A stretch of DNA of 64,000 bases, taken from contig NMRA01000316.1 of NCBI GenBank assembly GCA_002633005.1, forward strand, positions 395,052 through 459,051, read 5' to 3'. The position numbers and the translations under genes were made by a program. The notes under the pieces are model-generated. The model was not told where the DNA came from. It did no database searches and worked only from the letters and a program-made list of their open reading frames with translations. This document shows positions 13,482 to 26,150 of the stretch, one piece after another (the stretch's first letter is position 1; every line of letters begins with the position of its first letter). The stretch is from Phoronis australis. Taxonomy: Eukaryota > Animalia > Phoronida.

Positions 13482-13718
13482 TTGAAGTGGAACGACAAAT
13501 CTTTGGGCCTCGGCCAAATCATATCCGCCGAACGACCGCAGCGAGTCCAAATAAGCGCCCTTCAGGACTTTAAGGGGATCTTTCAAGACAAAAGCGTCGA
13601 CAATAATGTTTTGACCTTCTTCGTAGCAGTTAATTTGGTGGATTGTAGCCATTGGCGTCGTGAAGTAGCGAGTTACGAGCATATCTCCGGTGTCTTTGCG
13701 AAGGACGTGGATCCTGGA
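13482..13718 (-). CDS. Carotenoid cleavage oxygenase, exon 7 (third His)
   Basis: SRIHVLRKDTG...MATIHQINCYEEGQNIIVD...QRFVVPLQ, equivalent to FHQINAYE and RRFVLPL. GTAAGT donor. Confidence 0.93.
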
Positions 13719-15286
13719 CTGAAATGTGGATTACATAATGAAACAGTGTATACGTAGAGCCGACTTTTAGTTTATGTTACCGAGTGGTGTGTCTTCGATG
13801 CCTTCTGTTTTAAGCATGGGAAGTTGAGACATCCAGTTTGAGATACCAGAGCAAACTTGATTGAAATGGATGCAACTGTCAACTCACAGGAAGGGATCCA
13901 TATCCCCATATATGAGGCAATAGAAACCTGGAACAACTACATGTATGCCTATCAATAGACATAGTCGTCTCGGATTTTGTCTCATATATGGAATAGAACT
14001 GGGCCTGTTGATTTGCTACGTCGTCCGACTATAAGACGCCCATCTTGACATCATATAGCCAATCTGAAGCCCGCAGGATGCGTACACAACGTCGTTAAAT
14101 GTCAATTAACAATTATCGTATTCTGTTCTTGTTTTTTCTTTCTGCTGCAAAGAACATTCGATAAACCCAGTTTCAGTGATGTACCCAGCGTGGGTGACAG
14201 TGACCCGGGGCCAAGATTCTCGGTGTCACCCCTCACCCACCGACTCATCCACTCACGCACTCAGTCCCACCTTGGTTTAATAATTCGGAAAGTCATATGT
14301 TGTGAAACACAGAATGCAGAATTTATAGTGATTTATTCTGGAAATACTGTGGGCACATGCACAATGTTCTAAATTCACTACAGCAGCACGCAAGTAAGTC
14401 ATGAAGCCCACAGACTCCAGGAACGTACACACATGCACGTGGATACAAATAAAGCCAAAGTTGTATACTAAAATTTTCTGTCCAGGGCACATATTCGGAA
14501 AAATACCTTTCGCGACCAAAAGTCAAATCCAAATAAACTCCCTGGCGTATCTTTGTAAGTAACTAATATGCGCCCGGGTGTATCAATAATGTGCTGAAAA
14601 ATTCCTGTAGTATTGCCATCACTGTGAGAGGAAATGGACAAATGCTTGTCCCCACACGCGTGATTTGATTCAATGTTTAGAGTAAGCGGTGAAAGTTGAA
14701 AAGTCTGGTCGCAACTTGTAATACACTGTCCAAGCCTGTGCTCCAAACCCAGCACTAGTACACGTTACCCAATCCCGTGTGTGTTTAAAGAATGTTGGTA
14801 TCACAAGCGGTAGAGCCGCGGGAGATTTCGAGGGTGACACTGTATGAATTAGGACTATTCCGATAGTCAGGTGAAATAAAGGTGCTAGTTTCTTGTCATT
14901 TTTAGCCGGTAACAAGGCGCGATAGTTTAGGGTTCACGCCCCTAAAAGGAAATAACTCGGGACGGTTGCCCCCCTCCGCCCCCTCTCCCCTTAATTAAGT
15001 AAGCCACTGTACACTTTTAAACACACCATAGAGAGGCAGATATCCAATTTCCTTATTCATTAAGGGTCAACTTTGACACTGAGATTCACTTAAAGGAAAC
15101 GGTTATTTTGACAACTATAGTTGACTGGAAATTCAAAAATAGAGAGGTGAATACCCGTCAGCCATACGTTTGGGCTTATTGAGGTGACGAACTGCATGCA
15201 ATCATAAATGTACTGGGTGCTTATCAATAAATGTAGTCGGTAGTCAAAATGGTTGAGTAGCACATCAAATTAAGCCGTCACGTTAC

Positions 15287-15501
15287 CTGTATTTCGTTGT
15301 CGAAAGAGAATGCTTCAAGTGTTGGATCCGATAATATTTTCTGCTTTAAAAGTTTAAGTATGTCCACATAGAAGGGGTTCTCCAGAATCACAACGTATTT
15401 CTCCGTGATCCCGATAGTGTGAACGAAGCATGGCGATGCCTTAAATTGGCCTGGAAACGTTTTCATTACTTCGATGGTATTCAACATACCGTCCTGTCGA
15501 C
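15287..15501 (-). CDS. Carotenoid cleavage oxygenase, exon 6 (second His)
   Basis: ...ASPCFVHTIGITEKYVVILENP..., equivalent to PSYYHSFGMTENY.VF.EQP. Confidence 0.93.
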
Positions 15502-15796
15502 CTGGTAGAAGAAAAAATCTATTCAGAAACATACGTTTTACCTCATTATCCAAAACGTACTCGACACACAACTAAACTGCAAATTGTAGATTCCCCAAGA
15601 TGAATCAAACGTGAATTTAGACAGCAACGATGCACTACTAGGTGAGATTCCAGCTGCGTCTGCTTCGGAGTCAGACTCACTAAGAGTAGCCTCACAACAA
15701 ATCGTCAAATTTACGACATTTCAATAAATTCATACGGCAGAGATTGACAAATTTCTTCGTCGCAAGGATGTTCAAATTTTAACTCAAAAGCCCATA

Positions 15797-17471
15797 CAAT
15801 GGGGCTATTCGGAGAATTCTCCTCGTGATGTCGCTGCTGTACTAGTGGTGATTAAATTGCGCATGCGTGGCTGTCTGCAGGTAAACAAATGGTAAAAGAT
15901 GGAATTTTTATCAAAATACGTCGTCGCGCTAAGCCTCATTACTGCTAATTTCCATGGTGCAAGTCTTCGACAGGTGGCCACAAATTCCCAAAAGACCTAA
16001 GGTTACTATATTCGTGGACAATTGCGGTCAACAAGGTCAACTGACTGACAAAAAGTGCGTGAATGCTGAAGCCCCGTGTGAGCTCTATGACTATGCAGTT
16101 CCATTCGGAGACTACACAACATTACTTGGTAAGTTTTTAGCAATCAGGTTTCTATCAACATCGTTTGGTGATGTTATCCCCACCAGTTACCCCACTGAAT
16201 AACAGCTTTATTGAGTCGAACTAAGTGTTTCTTTTTGGAAACTCACCCGATGCCGGGTAGGCTAGCAGCACATATTCATATTGTCCTGGGACTGGGTGGG
16301 AGTGCTCCCAAAATAAGAGGTGTGTGGTACGTGATGCACAGAAGTAAAGAGTGACTTTTTCACAGCAGTTTCTCTTCAAAACTATGCTGTTTCCAACAAA
16401 ATTCTCTAGATGAATGAGTTTCCTTATTTTATCGTGGACCCCACCCCCAGGACCACCAGCTCAGTTATCGAATTAACTTGAATAAGCCTTAATTCAGTAA
16501 ATGTCGTAACATTGCATTGGAAAAAAANNNNNNNNNNNNNNNNNNNNNNNNNNNNNNNNNNNNNNNNNNNNNNNNNNNNNNNNNNNNNNNNNNNNNNNNN
16601 NNNNNNNNNNNNNNNNNNNNNNNNNNNNNNNNNNNNNNNNNNNNNNNNNNNNNNNNNNNNNNNNNNNNNNNNNNNNNNNNNNNNNNNNNNNNNNNNNNNN
16701 NNNNNNNNNNNNNNNNNNNNNNNNNNNNNNNNNNNNNNNNNNNNNNNNNNNNNNNNNNNNNNNNNNNNNNNNNNNNNNNNNNNNNNNNNNNNNNNNNNNN
16801 NNNNNNNNNNNNNNNNNNNNNNNNNNNNNNNNNNNNNNNNNNNNNNNNNNNNNNNNNNNNNNNNNNNNNNNNNNNNNNNNNNNNNNNNNNNNNNNNNNNN
16901 NNNNNNNNNNNNNNNNNNNNNNNNNNNNNNNNNNNNNNNNNNNNNNNNNNNNNNNNNNNNNNNNNNNNNNNNNNNNNNNNNNNNNNNNNNNNNNNNNNNN
17001 NNNNNNNNNNNTATCGAGTTGACAGCATAAACATTCAGCATTGGTTGATGTAGCTGTCACTGATAAACTTTTAGAAATCATTCCAAACAATAATAATGCT
17101 TTGATGTACGAAAAGATCCCGATTGCTACGTCAAGTATCGTATCACATATCACAACATACAAAGATTAACCAGACTCTGGCTGGCGACTGACTGCCGCGA
17201 AGCCGACATCGGCGAGTACCTCAGTTAACAGGCATCGGTAGAATAATCATGGAATAATCGTTAAAATAGTCACAAACCTTACCTTTGTATGAGGTCGTGC
17301 TTACTTCCTCTCATAGAAACACCCTTTTTACGCAATCTCAGATTCAGTTGGCACGGCTGCAAGCCTTTTCACCGTGTATTTAAAGGGCTCGCGAAATCGA
17401 GGCTGTTAATCTATCACCACTAGTACACGCACGCCCTCTAGTTATTGTAGATTTTCCGAATAGCCCCATTG
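15797..17471. mobile_element. Non-autonomous TIR element with TA flanks, spanning an N gap
   Basis: TA|CAATGGGGCTATTCGGA ... TCCGAATAGCCCCATTG|TA, plus a subterminal inverted ACTAGTGGTGAT motif. Confidence 0.6.
16528..17011. other. Assembly gap
   Basis: Run of N. Confidence 1.
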
Positions 17472-18061
17472 TAAAATTTGATATATACTTGCACCTACAT
17501 CAAAAGTTCAATACAAAAGTAATGTTATGTATCTGAAAATGGCAATTTCTTAACCTGAGCGACTATTACTGCCGGTTTTATGCAGCACAGGAGGATATTC
17601 TTAATTCTCTACAAGATTTGGAATGAAAACACCTGAATGAGTCTATTAATAAAATAAAAAGTAAAAAAATAATTGTTCACAGTTCTCTAAGTTTTAAACC
17701 ATTTTTTTATTCGCCAAGCAACATATAGCACCATTTTGTTTCAATTTCTCTCCGTACAAATAAACAAAAGAACCAGTGCTTGAGGAATCATTGGAAATCG
17801 TCGTCTATTGGTTATTGTTGAATGTCATGTTACTACGATCAACAGAAGCACTCTAATTGCTTAATAACAGTCTAGTGATAAACAGTTTGAGCAGCTGCGA
17901 TACATAGAACGTTTGAAAGAACCAACGAACACAACACACGAAAGCGACACAGTAGATATCAAGGGGACGTAACAAACCCCTCTAATACGGACAATTACGG
18001 TAGTGTCGCTGTAGAATTACGTCAAATCGATGACTCACGAAAGAACCCATGCTGATAAACA

Positions 18062-18210
18062 GCCTCCCGTTCAGTAACGCTAGGACCTCGCTAAAAAGCA
18101 AGACTTCGCGAGATTACGTGAGAAATTACCGTGTATTTTAAATGAGAACACGTGACTTTGACTTAGTTTTAGCTAGGTCCTAGCGTAATAGCGTCTACTG
18201 AACGCACGCC
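18062..18210 (+). mobile_element. MITE family 3 copy
   Basis: High similarity to 2960-3112 and to the reverse complement of 39799-39938. Confidence 0.75.
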
Positions 18211-18610
18211 AGCTTTCTGTATCTGTTAACGTATTAAGTCAGCGTGCCGCACCGTTGCACACTGGGGTTTCATTTTTGCATCACCAAGTACGTAGTACGA
18301 GTGCATGTGCATGAAATGGGGGCATTGCACGCTTGAAACATGCTGGTTGGGGACTCTGTACGCTTAGAACATGTTGGTTCACTGGTTATTAGGTCAGGTT
18401 GCTGACTGGAAACCAGGGAAGAGCTCAATATGCACGGCTGAAACTTCGCTAGGATTAAATGAAAACTTCGAGAGATTACGTGACATATTTCCGTGTGTTT
18501 TCAAAGAGATTACGTGATTTTGGCTAGGCGTTTCTCGCCGCGAGACAACTGGTGAAATCTACCCTGGCATACAAGCGAGATTATACAACGAATTGCCATC
18601 TCTTTCCTAC

Positions 18611-18761
18611 CTCCAGTAGAGACCTTCGGTGGTATTTTAAACAGGGAGTATTTGACTCCGGCAGAAATCGTCGTAGCCAGACCGTATTGAGACTTGTCTT
18701 TATCCTTCTGTAGATGTCCTGTCACAAGTAAAACGTCCGGTATTTGTTCAGACAAATCCAT
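18611..18761 (-). CDS. Carotenoid cleavage oxygenase, exon 5 (first Fe-binding His)
   Basis: MDLSEQIPDVLLVTGHLQKDKD...YSLFKIPPKVSTG; TGH corresponds to the TAHPH motif. The phase-1 GTAGGA donor matches the next acceptor. Confidence 0.88.
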
Positions 18762-19257
18762 CTAAAACGGAAGGAGTTTGGCTAAAGCATGGCTCGTGTA
18801 CTCCAAACTCTCTCAAAATGGCTATTTAGTTTAAAATGGCCTTTAGAATATGCGTTATGCCCTGTTCTTTTAAATCTGTCAAGAAATAAAAGGTTTTGTA
18901 TAAAGTTATGTGATGTATATTAACCTGGACTTCTAGGAATTTTAATAAAAAACTAAAATTGCATTAAACAAAAAGGAAAGCATCGCCAACGTTTTTGAGG
19001 TTACATTGTAAAGTTCGTGCAAAGTGACATTAACAGCCCCCGTGCTTTTGCCGATACAAAATCGTACTCAAATTGTTTGTTCCGAAGTCAAAATAGGTAA
19101 AAGGTTTGTGAGAGTGAAAGTAATTGACAGTGACGCCGTGACTCAAAATTTTATGTGCTTGATGTAAAAAATAACGAGCTGTCACCTGACATTTTATGAG
19201 CATTATCTGAGGAAATAAGAATTGTCAGTTTTAACAGTTGTCAGGGTGACCTCTTTG

Positions 19258-19320
19258 AGCCACATTTCAGTTTCATTTTATAGGTAAACTTTACCTATAA
19301 AATGAAACTGAAATGTGGCT
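19258..19320. repeat. Perfect palindrome, 31-bp arms with a 1-nt spacer
   Basis: AGCCACATTTCAGTTTCATTTTATAGGTAAA-C-TTTACCTATAAAATGAAACTGAAATGTGGCT. Confidence 0.97.
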
Positions 19321-19577
19321 TTAAAAGCCCCAAGGTTTCCAAGAGCGCCGGATCCATGATGCATCCGTCGTTTTTGTGAAAGTTTATTTCCCACATTGTC
19401 TTGTTGCAAGACCATTTTTCATTTATCGAAATGTGTTAAACCCAGTTTTGTCAGACTGTTCAGTGCAAGACATGTGCCACGTATGCCGAAAATTGAATAC
19501 GCATAGCCGGAAGAGTGCTCCCGGAGGAACAGCGTGTCCATATTGAAGGCAAACATTCAAGCCTGTCAAGTACAAAC

Positions 19578-19725
19578 CTTGAAGTTCGTTTCTAGCGAGT
19601 GTGGGTCTATGTTAAGGACAAACTTCTTTTCACCCACGGCAAAGCATTCTCCATCTTCACACAACCATATGTTCACGTTGCAGTTGTCGCTTGGCAATTT
19701 TTTAGTCGTCAACTTTGAGGCGAAC
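19578..19725 (-). CDS. Carotenoid cleavage oxygenase, exon 4
   Basis: FASKLTTKKLPSDNCNVNIWLCEDGECFAVGEKKFVLNIDPHSLETNFK (TDN-like motif, second-sphere Glu, IDP.TLET-like motif). Confidence 0.92.
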
Positions 19726-20254
19726 CTGTAATTTACGAATCTGCCAATTCTTCACTTGTAATAAAAAATAACGCCCTGTTGGACAGAATAATTTTTTCGA
19801 AGCAGCCGCAAAGCCACGTTCCGTCAACTTGTTTCTCAATCAATCAATCGAAAAATGGTCGGTGATGCCCTAGGAAAACGGACATGCGCTTATAATTGAG
19901 ACCGTGTCCTGGCATAAAATAACAGGCCTCGACAAGCCAACTGTAGACCTTGATCTCAAGCAATAGCAGTTACATGTATGTCCAAACGCTGAAATCGCTT
20001 CTACATGTAATTTCAATGAGGAATTATATAATTTAAGTCCAATCCCGACCCATGAGCGTGAATGGTTTAAATCATTTTTTGCGGCGTGTGGCGGGTTTGC
20101 AACGCTTGTAATTTAGTAAGTTTGAACGTATCACATACCGATCTTAACTCAATTTTCGCATTGGTTGCAAATGAATACCAGTAGCTTTAGTCATAGACCC
20201 AGGCACGCTTACTGGTCAATGATCGACCTAAACTTTGGCAAACCAAAACTTCAC

Positions 20255-20362
20255 CTGCCCAGCGAATTTTTGGTCGGATCAGGAGACGCCAATGTTCCGC
20301 CTTCATCGAACACGATTCGCTTCTCTTCCTGGTTTTTGTTGTATGTTTCCCCTCTCAAGTAC
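20255..20362 (-). CDS. Carotenoid cleavage oxygenase, exon 3
   Basis: YLRGETYNKNQEEKRIVFDEGGTLASPDPTKNSLGR, equivalent to the RIV.sEFGT...PDPCK region. Canonical splice sites, consistent phases. Confidence 0.92.
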
Positions 20363-21289
20363 CTGCAAAGAACCAGTTAAGCTGCTCACATTTGAAACAC
20401 CTGGATCATCGTTATTCAGTAACTAAATATACACTATACCCTGTTTTGATGATTTCAACCAAATCTCTCTGCTGTAACTTGCTAATGAATCAGAGGCGTC
20501 AATCTTGAACCATGAAAGCACTTTGGAATCAACTAAAATGCCATACATACTACCTACGTCACAGCTTGGATATTGTGGTTCTTGGTGGTTGGTCCTTTAC
20601 CACAGTTGCCGTAGAATTCGCTAAAAGTGTAGGTCTCGCTTGCCCGTTAAGCAGATTTTGAAAGGGGTTTTCAACTTTTTTTCAAACTTTTGAGGGTTGT
20701 CAGGGATTTTGTATAATCAGAAAATTGAATGGAAATGTCGTTTTTAATAGCTGCTAAATAGGCCAAAGCCCGGTTTGGTATCCTCTTAATTGTAGCAGTG
20801 GCGCATTTGAGGGAAGCAATGAGCCATTCTTCCCCAACTAAATGGTAAGCGAGAACATGTTGCCTTTCTGTAAATACAAGAAGTTGCCATAATTTAACTG
20901 CGATGACTTCAGTTTACATGAAGTTATTCGTCAGTCAGATAGTCATGCCGTGCGAAATTGCCCTGGTTGCATTGCATATCGTCGCATTCAAACACACTTT
21001 TAACATTTCTCAGCAGTAAACATTATCCTTCGGCCACTTTTTGGTCTCAGTTATATCATACATGTAAAACAGCATAGGCTCACCCAATCCGATGTCTCCA
21101 TATCTGGCCCTGGCTGAATGATTGCAAGGTTCTGGAGCGTGGGTCGAGAATTGTAGAGTGATTGGATCGCAACAAAGGGTCAGTCCTCCACCATGTTAGT
21201 ACTGGTATGGACATTTTATTCACGAGCTTCAGAACTCATTGTACTGTTTCATCTTGCATAAGCGTTGATTTTCACGTAAGGGCTCCTTT

Positions 21290-21706
21290 GCACGGTTGCA
21301 CGAACCGTCTCGAATAAGGAATCAATTAAGCTCCCTAACTCTACTGCGTATTTGTGGACTTATGAAAACACTGATTGTCCTTTCTCTCGCTGTTTGAGTC
21401 TCATTTACTAAGTAGATGTTTTGCTTTCACAAATTAAGAGTGAACTCTCACCTGATCTGTCAACATTAAAGAAAATAAGTAGGAATCTTTTCATGAGTTC
21501 CTAATTACTATTATTATTAGCACTCAAGGGTTCCGTGTTTAGTCAGGTATTAGAAAATGTCATTAGACAAAAAGGAGTTGATACAAGTAATGAAGATAAA
21601 GTGATAGAAAAAACATAACATCTGTGAGAAAACAACGAAACAAATACGAACAGAATTAGGTAACTTTGTTGAGTCCCTATTTGGGACTGTTTACCGCAAC
21701 CGGGTA
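21290..21706. mobile_element. MITE family 4 (long TIR, CGGTTGC...)
   Basis: The right end GTTGAGTCCCTATTTGGGACTGTTT..GCAACC is shared with 42379-42804 and is an imperfect inverted copy of the left end. Confidence 0.55.
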
Positions 21707-22268
21707 TTTGTCTCCACCATGATCAGAAGGGGCCCTTTGACTCAGTGGCGACCCTTACCGGTTATTGTCCAAATTTTCATATGACCAGTCAGCGACTATA
21801 GGTAGTTACCCAAGTTAAATACATGTCATTTGAACACGTTTCTGAGGTTCTCCCCTACTCGAATTCCAAAGTTTTTAAGTAGAGTAGAAACTGAGATGCG
21901 TTCCATAAACTCAAAGAAGTTCCATAAATGGCGAGATCACGCAAGACCCTGCAAATTAACGCGCCTGAGTACGCCCGAGACCTAAGTATTCTGGAACCCA
22001 AGGGATATGGCGGCCACCGAACCGATTAGGCGGTGAGGTTGGATTGTTAAATTATGGAAAATATTCATCATTTCCATTCTAGCGACCTCTCGTGGTATGA
22101 GCAACGCCAAAATGTTGCGTCTACGTTCATTTCCAGTGATGGGTAGTTTCAGCCAGTGCATTCAAAAACTTATCCTAACATCGCGTAAAGTATGGGGGTT
22201 TTCATGTCCACATCCATGATTGAAGTTCGAGTTTGGTCCGCTTCCACCCCAAGTCACATACTCGGTAC

Positions 22269-22557
22269 CAGTGGCGGATTTAGGGGGGGGCAAGGGGACC
22301 ATGCCCACCTCCCTAAAATTCTACCAGATACCATTTGGCAGTTCAGGTGCGAATTGCTGACTAGCACATGCGCGCAACCAGGAGGGCTCGGGGGATTGAA
22401 CAAACCCCGTTTACCGTTTTTTTAGTAATAAGGTCCGCATACCCAAAAATTCGAGACCCTGCATCCCTAGATTTTAGGCTGGGCGTGCGCATCTGCTGAA
22501 ATTCTGGTTATTCCTGTGCCCTGGCCCCCCTAACTCAAAATCCTGGATCCGCCTCTG
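22269..22557 (+). mobile_element. MITE family 1 copy with a nested family 2-like insert (~22368-22494)
   Basis: Family 1 TIRs, flanks GGTAC/GGTGC. The extra length is explained by an internal CATGCGCGCA...GTGCGCATC segment. Confidence 0.7.
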
Positions 22558-23674
22558 GGTGCGGTTATGTACCCACGAGTTTGGGACCGGCCTTGTCGGT
22601 TTTCTATAGTATTTCATGCTCAAGTAACGCAGCTTTGATAACACAGGTACTCAATTGTGGTAATGAGGCAGTCCCATCTCATTTCGATTGTGACGTTTGA
22701 AGTTCATGGCCGTTGAGTGCAAGCCGACTTGCGCGGGCACCAACAGTCGGGTATGCATACGACAACGCAGCTACTTCCACCTCGGTATCGTTCTTACGGT
22801 GTAGGTACCAAACAATGCAGATCGACATGCTACAAGCGTAACCCCAGTTAATTCACCGCTGAGTTTCATCCACTTCAGGCTGTGCCTTTCTCTTGCAAAC
22901 AAGACCAACACAAAGCGGTGAAACGTGCAAACAGTTGCTACTAGGGTTGTTTATCGTTAATTAGCGTCTCAAAATAATCACTAGATAGCGCAGAATACTT
23001 CTAACCTGTTCAGAATGGGAAGGTGTCGTATTATCTGAAGCTCATTGATGGATTTTTCTGAAATTTGGTAAAAAAGTTTCTATTGAGGCGACAACTGTGC
23101 TTTTCCATGTTCGGACAGATTCAACATATTTTACGTCACCTAGTGGTCATTTTTTACTTGTGTTCGCTTTTATCGTCAGCGTTTTTATCTCACAAACTGC
23201 TCGAACGATTAATAATGAATCGTAGCAGTTGTGTTCCTGATGAGAATACCATGGCTGACGTTGATTCTAGGACGGGTTTGGCACCTGCAGCACGTACCCT
23301 GTGGTGCTTTTGTATTTTTGCGACAATGGCTGCAGCTTGTGATTTCTTTGTATGTTTATGAACTTAGACGGATTCGACTACCGCTGTGCCTTCTAATGGC
23401 AACTGGTTTTGTTTGTGTTTTCCTCTGTAAGTTTCTTGGCGTATTCTCACGGAATTTGACAGAGTTGTATGAGAGAGGCGACGTCGCTTTCCCAATTTCA
23501 AATGGGTTTGGCGTAATTTGCGCCATCTAACCATCTTTATGATAATAAAAACAACAACAAAAGCACACCGTTGGTGTTGCAGTCGTGGGCGCATTACAAC
23601 AATCTTATTAATGAAATGTGAAATGCAAACAACTGCATTTACGTTATGGGCAATAGGCAGAAGAGCTACAGTAC

Positions 23675-23825
23675 CTGCTTCTGAAAGACACTCGCCCCTT
23701 TTTAATGGTAAAGCGCGTAAGCAGTGCCAAACCGTCAGAATAATGGTTATAATTGTGCTCGCCTACTTCAAACTGCGCTGGCCCTATTCCCAGAAGAGTG
23801 CCGTTTAACCAGGCTGGCACTGTCC
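23675..23825 (-). CDS. Carotenoid cleavage oxygenase, exon 2
   Basis: TTTTTCAG acceptor; GTVPAWLNGTLLGIGPAQFEVGEHNYNHYSDGLALLTRFTIKKGRVSFRSR; family pattern G.IP.WL.G.LLR.GPG...HWFDG. Confidence 0.93.
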
Positions 23826-24496
23826 CTGAAAAAAGAGAACAACGTTGGACCTTTGTTGAAATGGCATCGAGTTCAAAGGCCCAACCGTGACGGAGTATAA
23901 CAGGGATCATAGCGTGAATCTAGAGTTCACGCTATATTATTTGCAAACCATACAAATTTACATATAAACCACGTGTTTTCTAAAACAGAATCTAACATGT
24001 AATTTTCAACTTCTAACTCAAGACACAGTGAAATTTTTCATAGAGAAGAGACAAGAGATAGAACCAACATGGCGGAAACTCCTAGCAGGCTATCTCACAA
24101 CGGTGACATCGCACTTTTTTAACTCACGTGCACTGGTAAATACAGTATTCTGTGTGGAACGATTGCAGCACAACGGTTGAGGAGTGGAGGCGAGGTGTTT
24201 TTGTTCATGTCGACACTGGTCTAGGCTTACAATTCGTGGCCATTATACGAGAGGTTTACAGTAAGTTCTTCTATAACTCAAGTTCTCTGGATATCTGAGG
24301 TCAGTTACAAGCCAAGAAGAATAGTTCGTAAGTTTCGGGCGAAACTTATCTCGCCTATGGAAGATATAGCAAAGATAAGGTGACTCAAAATGTCGGGTTT
24401 TGTACTCCAGACTTAAGTGTATCAATAGGGTTACGGGCGATAATGGGTTTCCGAAGTTGACCCGACTTTGGTTATTAGCCTGCTTTGGGAATCACC

Positions 24497-24640
24497 CAGT
24501 AGCGGATTTAGCCGGGGGGCCAAAATTCTCCCATATTACACTTTGGAACTTCGGGGGTGCGAATGCCTGGCGGGCAAAGACTTGCCTGATACTCTACCCT
24601 GCCCCTCCCCTCCTAACTCAAAATCCTGGATCCGCCCCTG
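24497..24640 (+). mobile_element. MITE family 1 copy
   Basis: CAGTAGCGGATTTAG...CCTGGATCCGCCCCTG. Confidence 0.75.
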
Positions 24641-25185
24641 ACCACCTACAGTCATTATGTATATGTAAACCATAACTACAGCGTTGGGCAATAGTCCCGG
24701 TTTTTGGCAACCAGATTCATGCTAATTGTTTAATGTAGAAAACTGGTTTTCAAAATGCGGAACCATTTTAAGTGATTAGTACCCAGCTTTGCCTCTTCTG
24801 TAGATCTCACTACACCAAACTAGTTCTTAAACGATCATCTTGAGGCTGCACGAGGCTGACCCACTAAGCCGATGAGTCCGTGGCAGTGCACGATTTATCG
24901 GAGTGAACCGTGTTTGGCGGTCCGTTCACCGTGTTTCTTCGTGAATGTGAGTTCGCGACCGTGAATATTGGGTGCACGGATCGTGTTTTGTGAGTCCGAT
25001 CCGGTGATTGTGAGTCAGTGCTCGGTGTTGTCTGTTTGCAGGTACTGGTGAGTCGAGTCGTGTAAAGCGTCCGTGACCTTGTTTACAAGTACCCGCGTTA
25101 ACCGTGTAGTTTAGGTACCTTGACATTTACCACGCAACTGAGAGACGGAGTAGCTGACCCTACAGCCATGACCAAAGTGACTTAC

Positions 25186-25270
25186 CCGATATGGATGTCT
25201 TGACCGCAGCTGGCTGTTCGATGCAAGTAGAAAACACATACGCCAAAACGGGATCCTCCTCCATCGCCAT
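25186..25270 (-). CDS. Carotenoid cleavage oxygenase (BCO/RPE65 family), exon 1 of 11
   Basis: ATG at 25270 gives MAMEEDPVLAYVFSTCIEQPAAVKTSIS-G, then a GTAAGT donor. Phase 1 matches the next exon. Confidence 0.85.
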
Positions 25271-26150
25271 TTGCTCGTCGACAGGCATTTCTGAAAAAGT
25301 GGGCTTATCAGTGATGTCATAGGTGAAGGACTGAAATCAAGCAAAAGCCCGTATCTCACACGGCGCTGCAGCAGCTCCAGGAAAATACTATCACTGAAAG
25401 TACATGTAACGCCGTAAATCGTTTCTGAACTACGAGGTAACACAAATTACAGGGTTTTAAACGAACAGCTTACAGAGAATCTAACTGTAACACCGTCCAC
25501 CGGAGATCTCCCGCTTTAAGGAGAATTTACAAAATGATATCTACTTCTCGCACACCACATAAAAACTCCAACCTTGAATAAATAAATATTTGTAAAACAT
25601 AACTTTCAGTCGTACTCTGTGCTGTATGTGATAATTTATTTCCGCATTGTTGATACACAGTCCGACGTAACTCAACCGTGTTTTAGAAAGGCGTATATTA
25701 GTGTATCTTATTTCAAATTAAATTCCAGGGTCATGCCCTCGAGCCGCTAGATTTGCTTCGCGCCCGGCCTACGGTGCTCGCGCTCGTTCGTCCTCGTCGA
25801 TCAATTGACTTCCTATTCATAGATTTCAAGGAGAAAGAATTTCCTTTTTCCATAGTTTTTCAAGAAAGAGCTAGCTTCTGACTTAATTTTTTACTATGAG
25901 AGGCTTATACCTGTGACTAAAATGAACGGTACTGATCCGCACGCACGCACGCGGATTATAACTTTCCAACTATCACTTTTTTAGACCTCCCGAATCGAGA
26001 CCATTATTTGTTTCCATCTGCAAGCGTAGAATTGTAGACCTGAAATGCCAACTTTGATATTGCGCGGATGAGGTTGAGGTGTGCATGCGAGGGACTTCTT
26101 TGCTTTCATTTGTTTCGGTGTTGGTTCTTGTTATGGAATATACATGTAGG

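Noticed and set aside
16424-17162. Long X-filled ORFs (also 46849-48041 and 52883-53423)
   Set aside because: Artefacts of reading through N gaps.
23065-23594. Overlapping hydrophobic ORFs in oxygenase intron 2
   Set aside because: No recognisable domain or consistent splice structure.
23644-23910. Apparent truncated oxygenase ORF or pseudogene
   Set aside because: The ORF ends are intronic. The true exon 23675-23825 splices in phase into a full-length gene.
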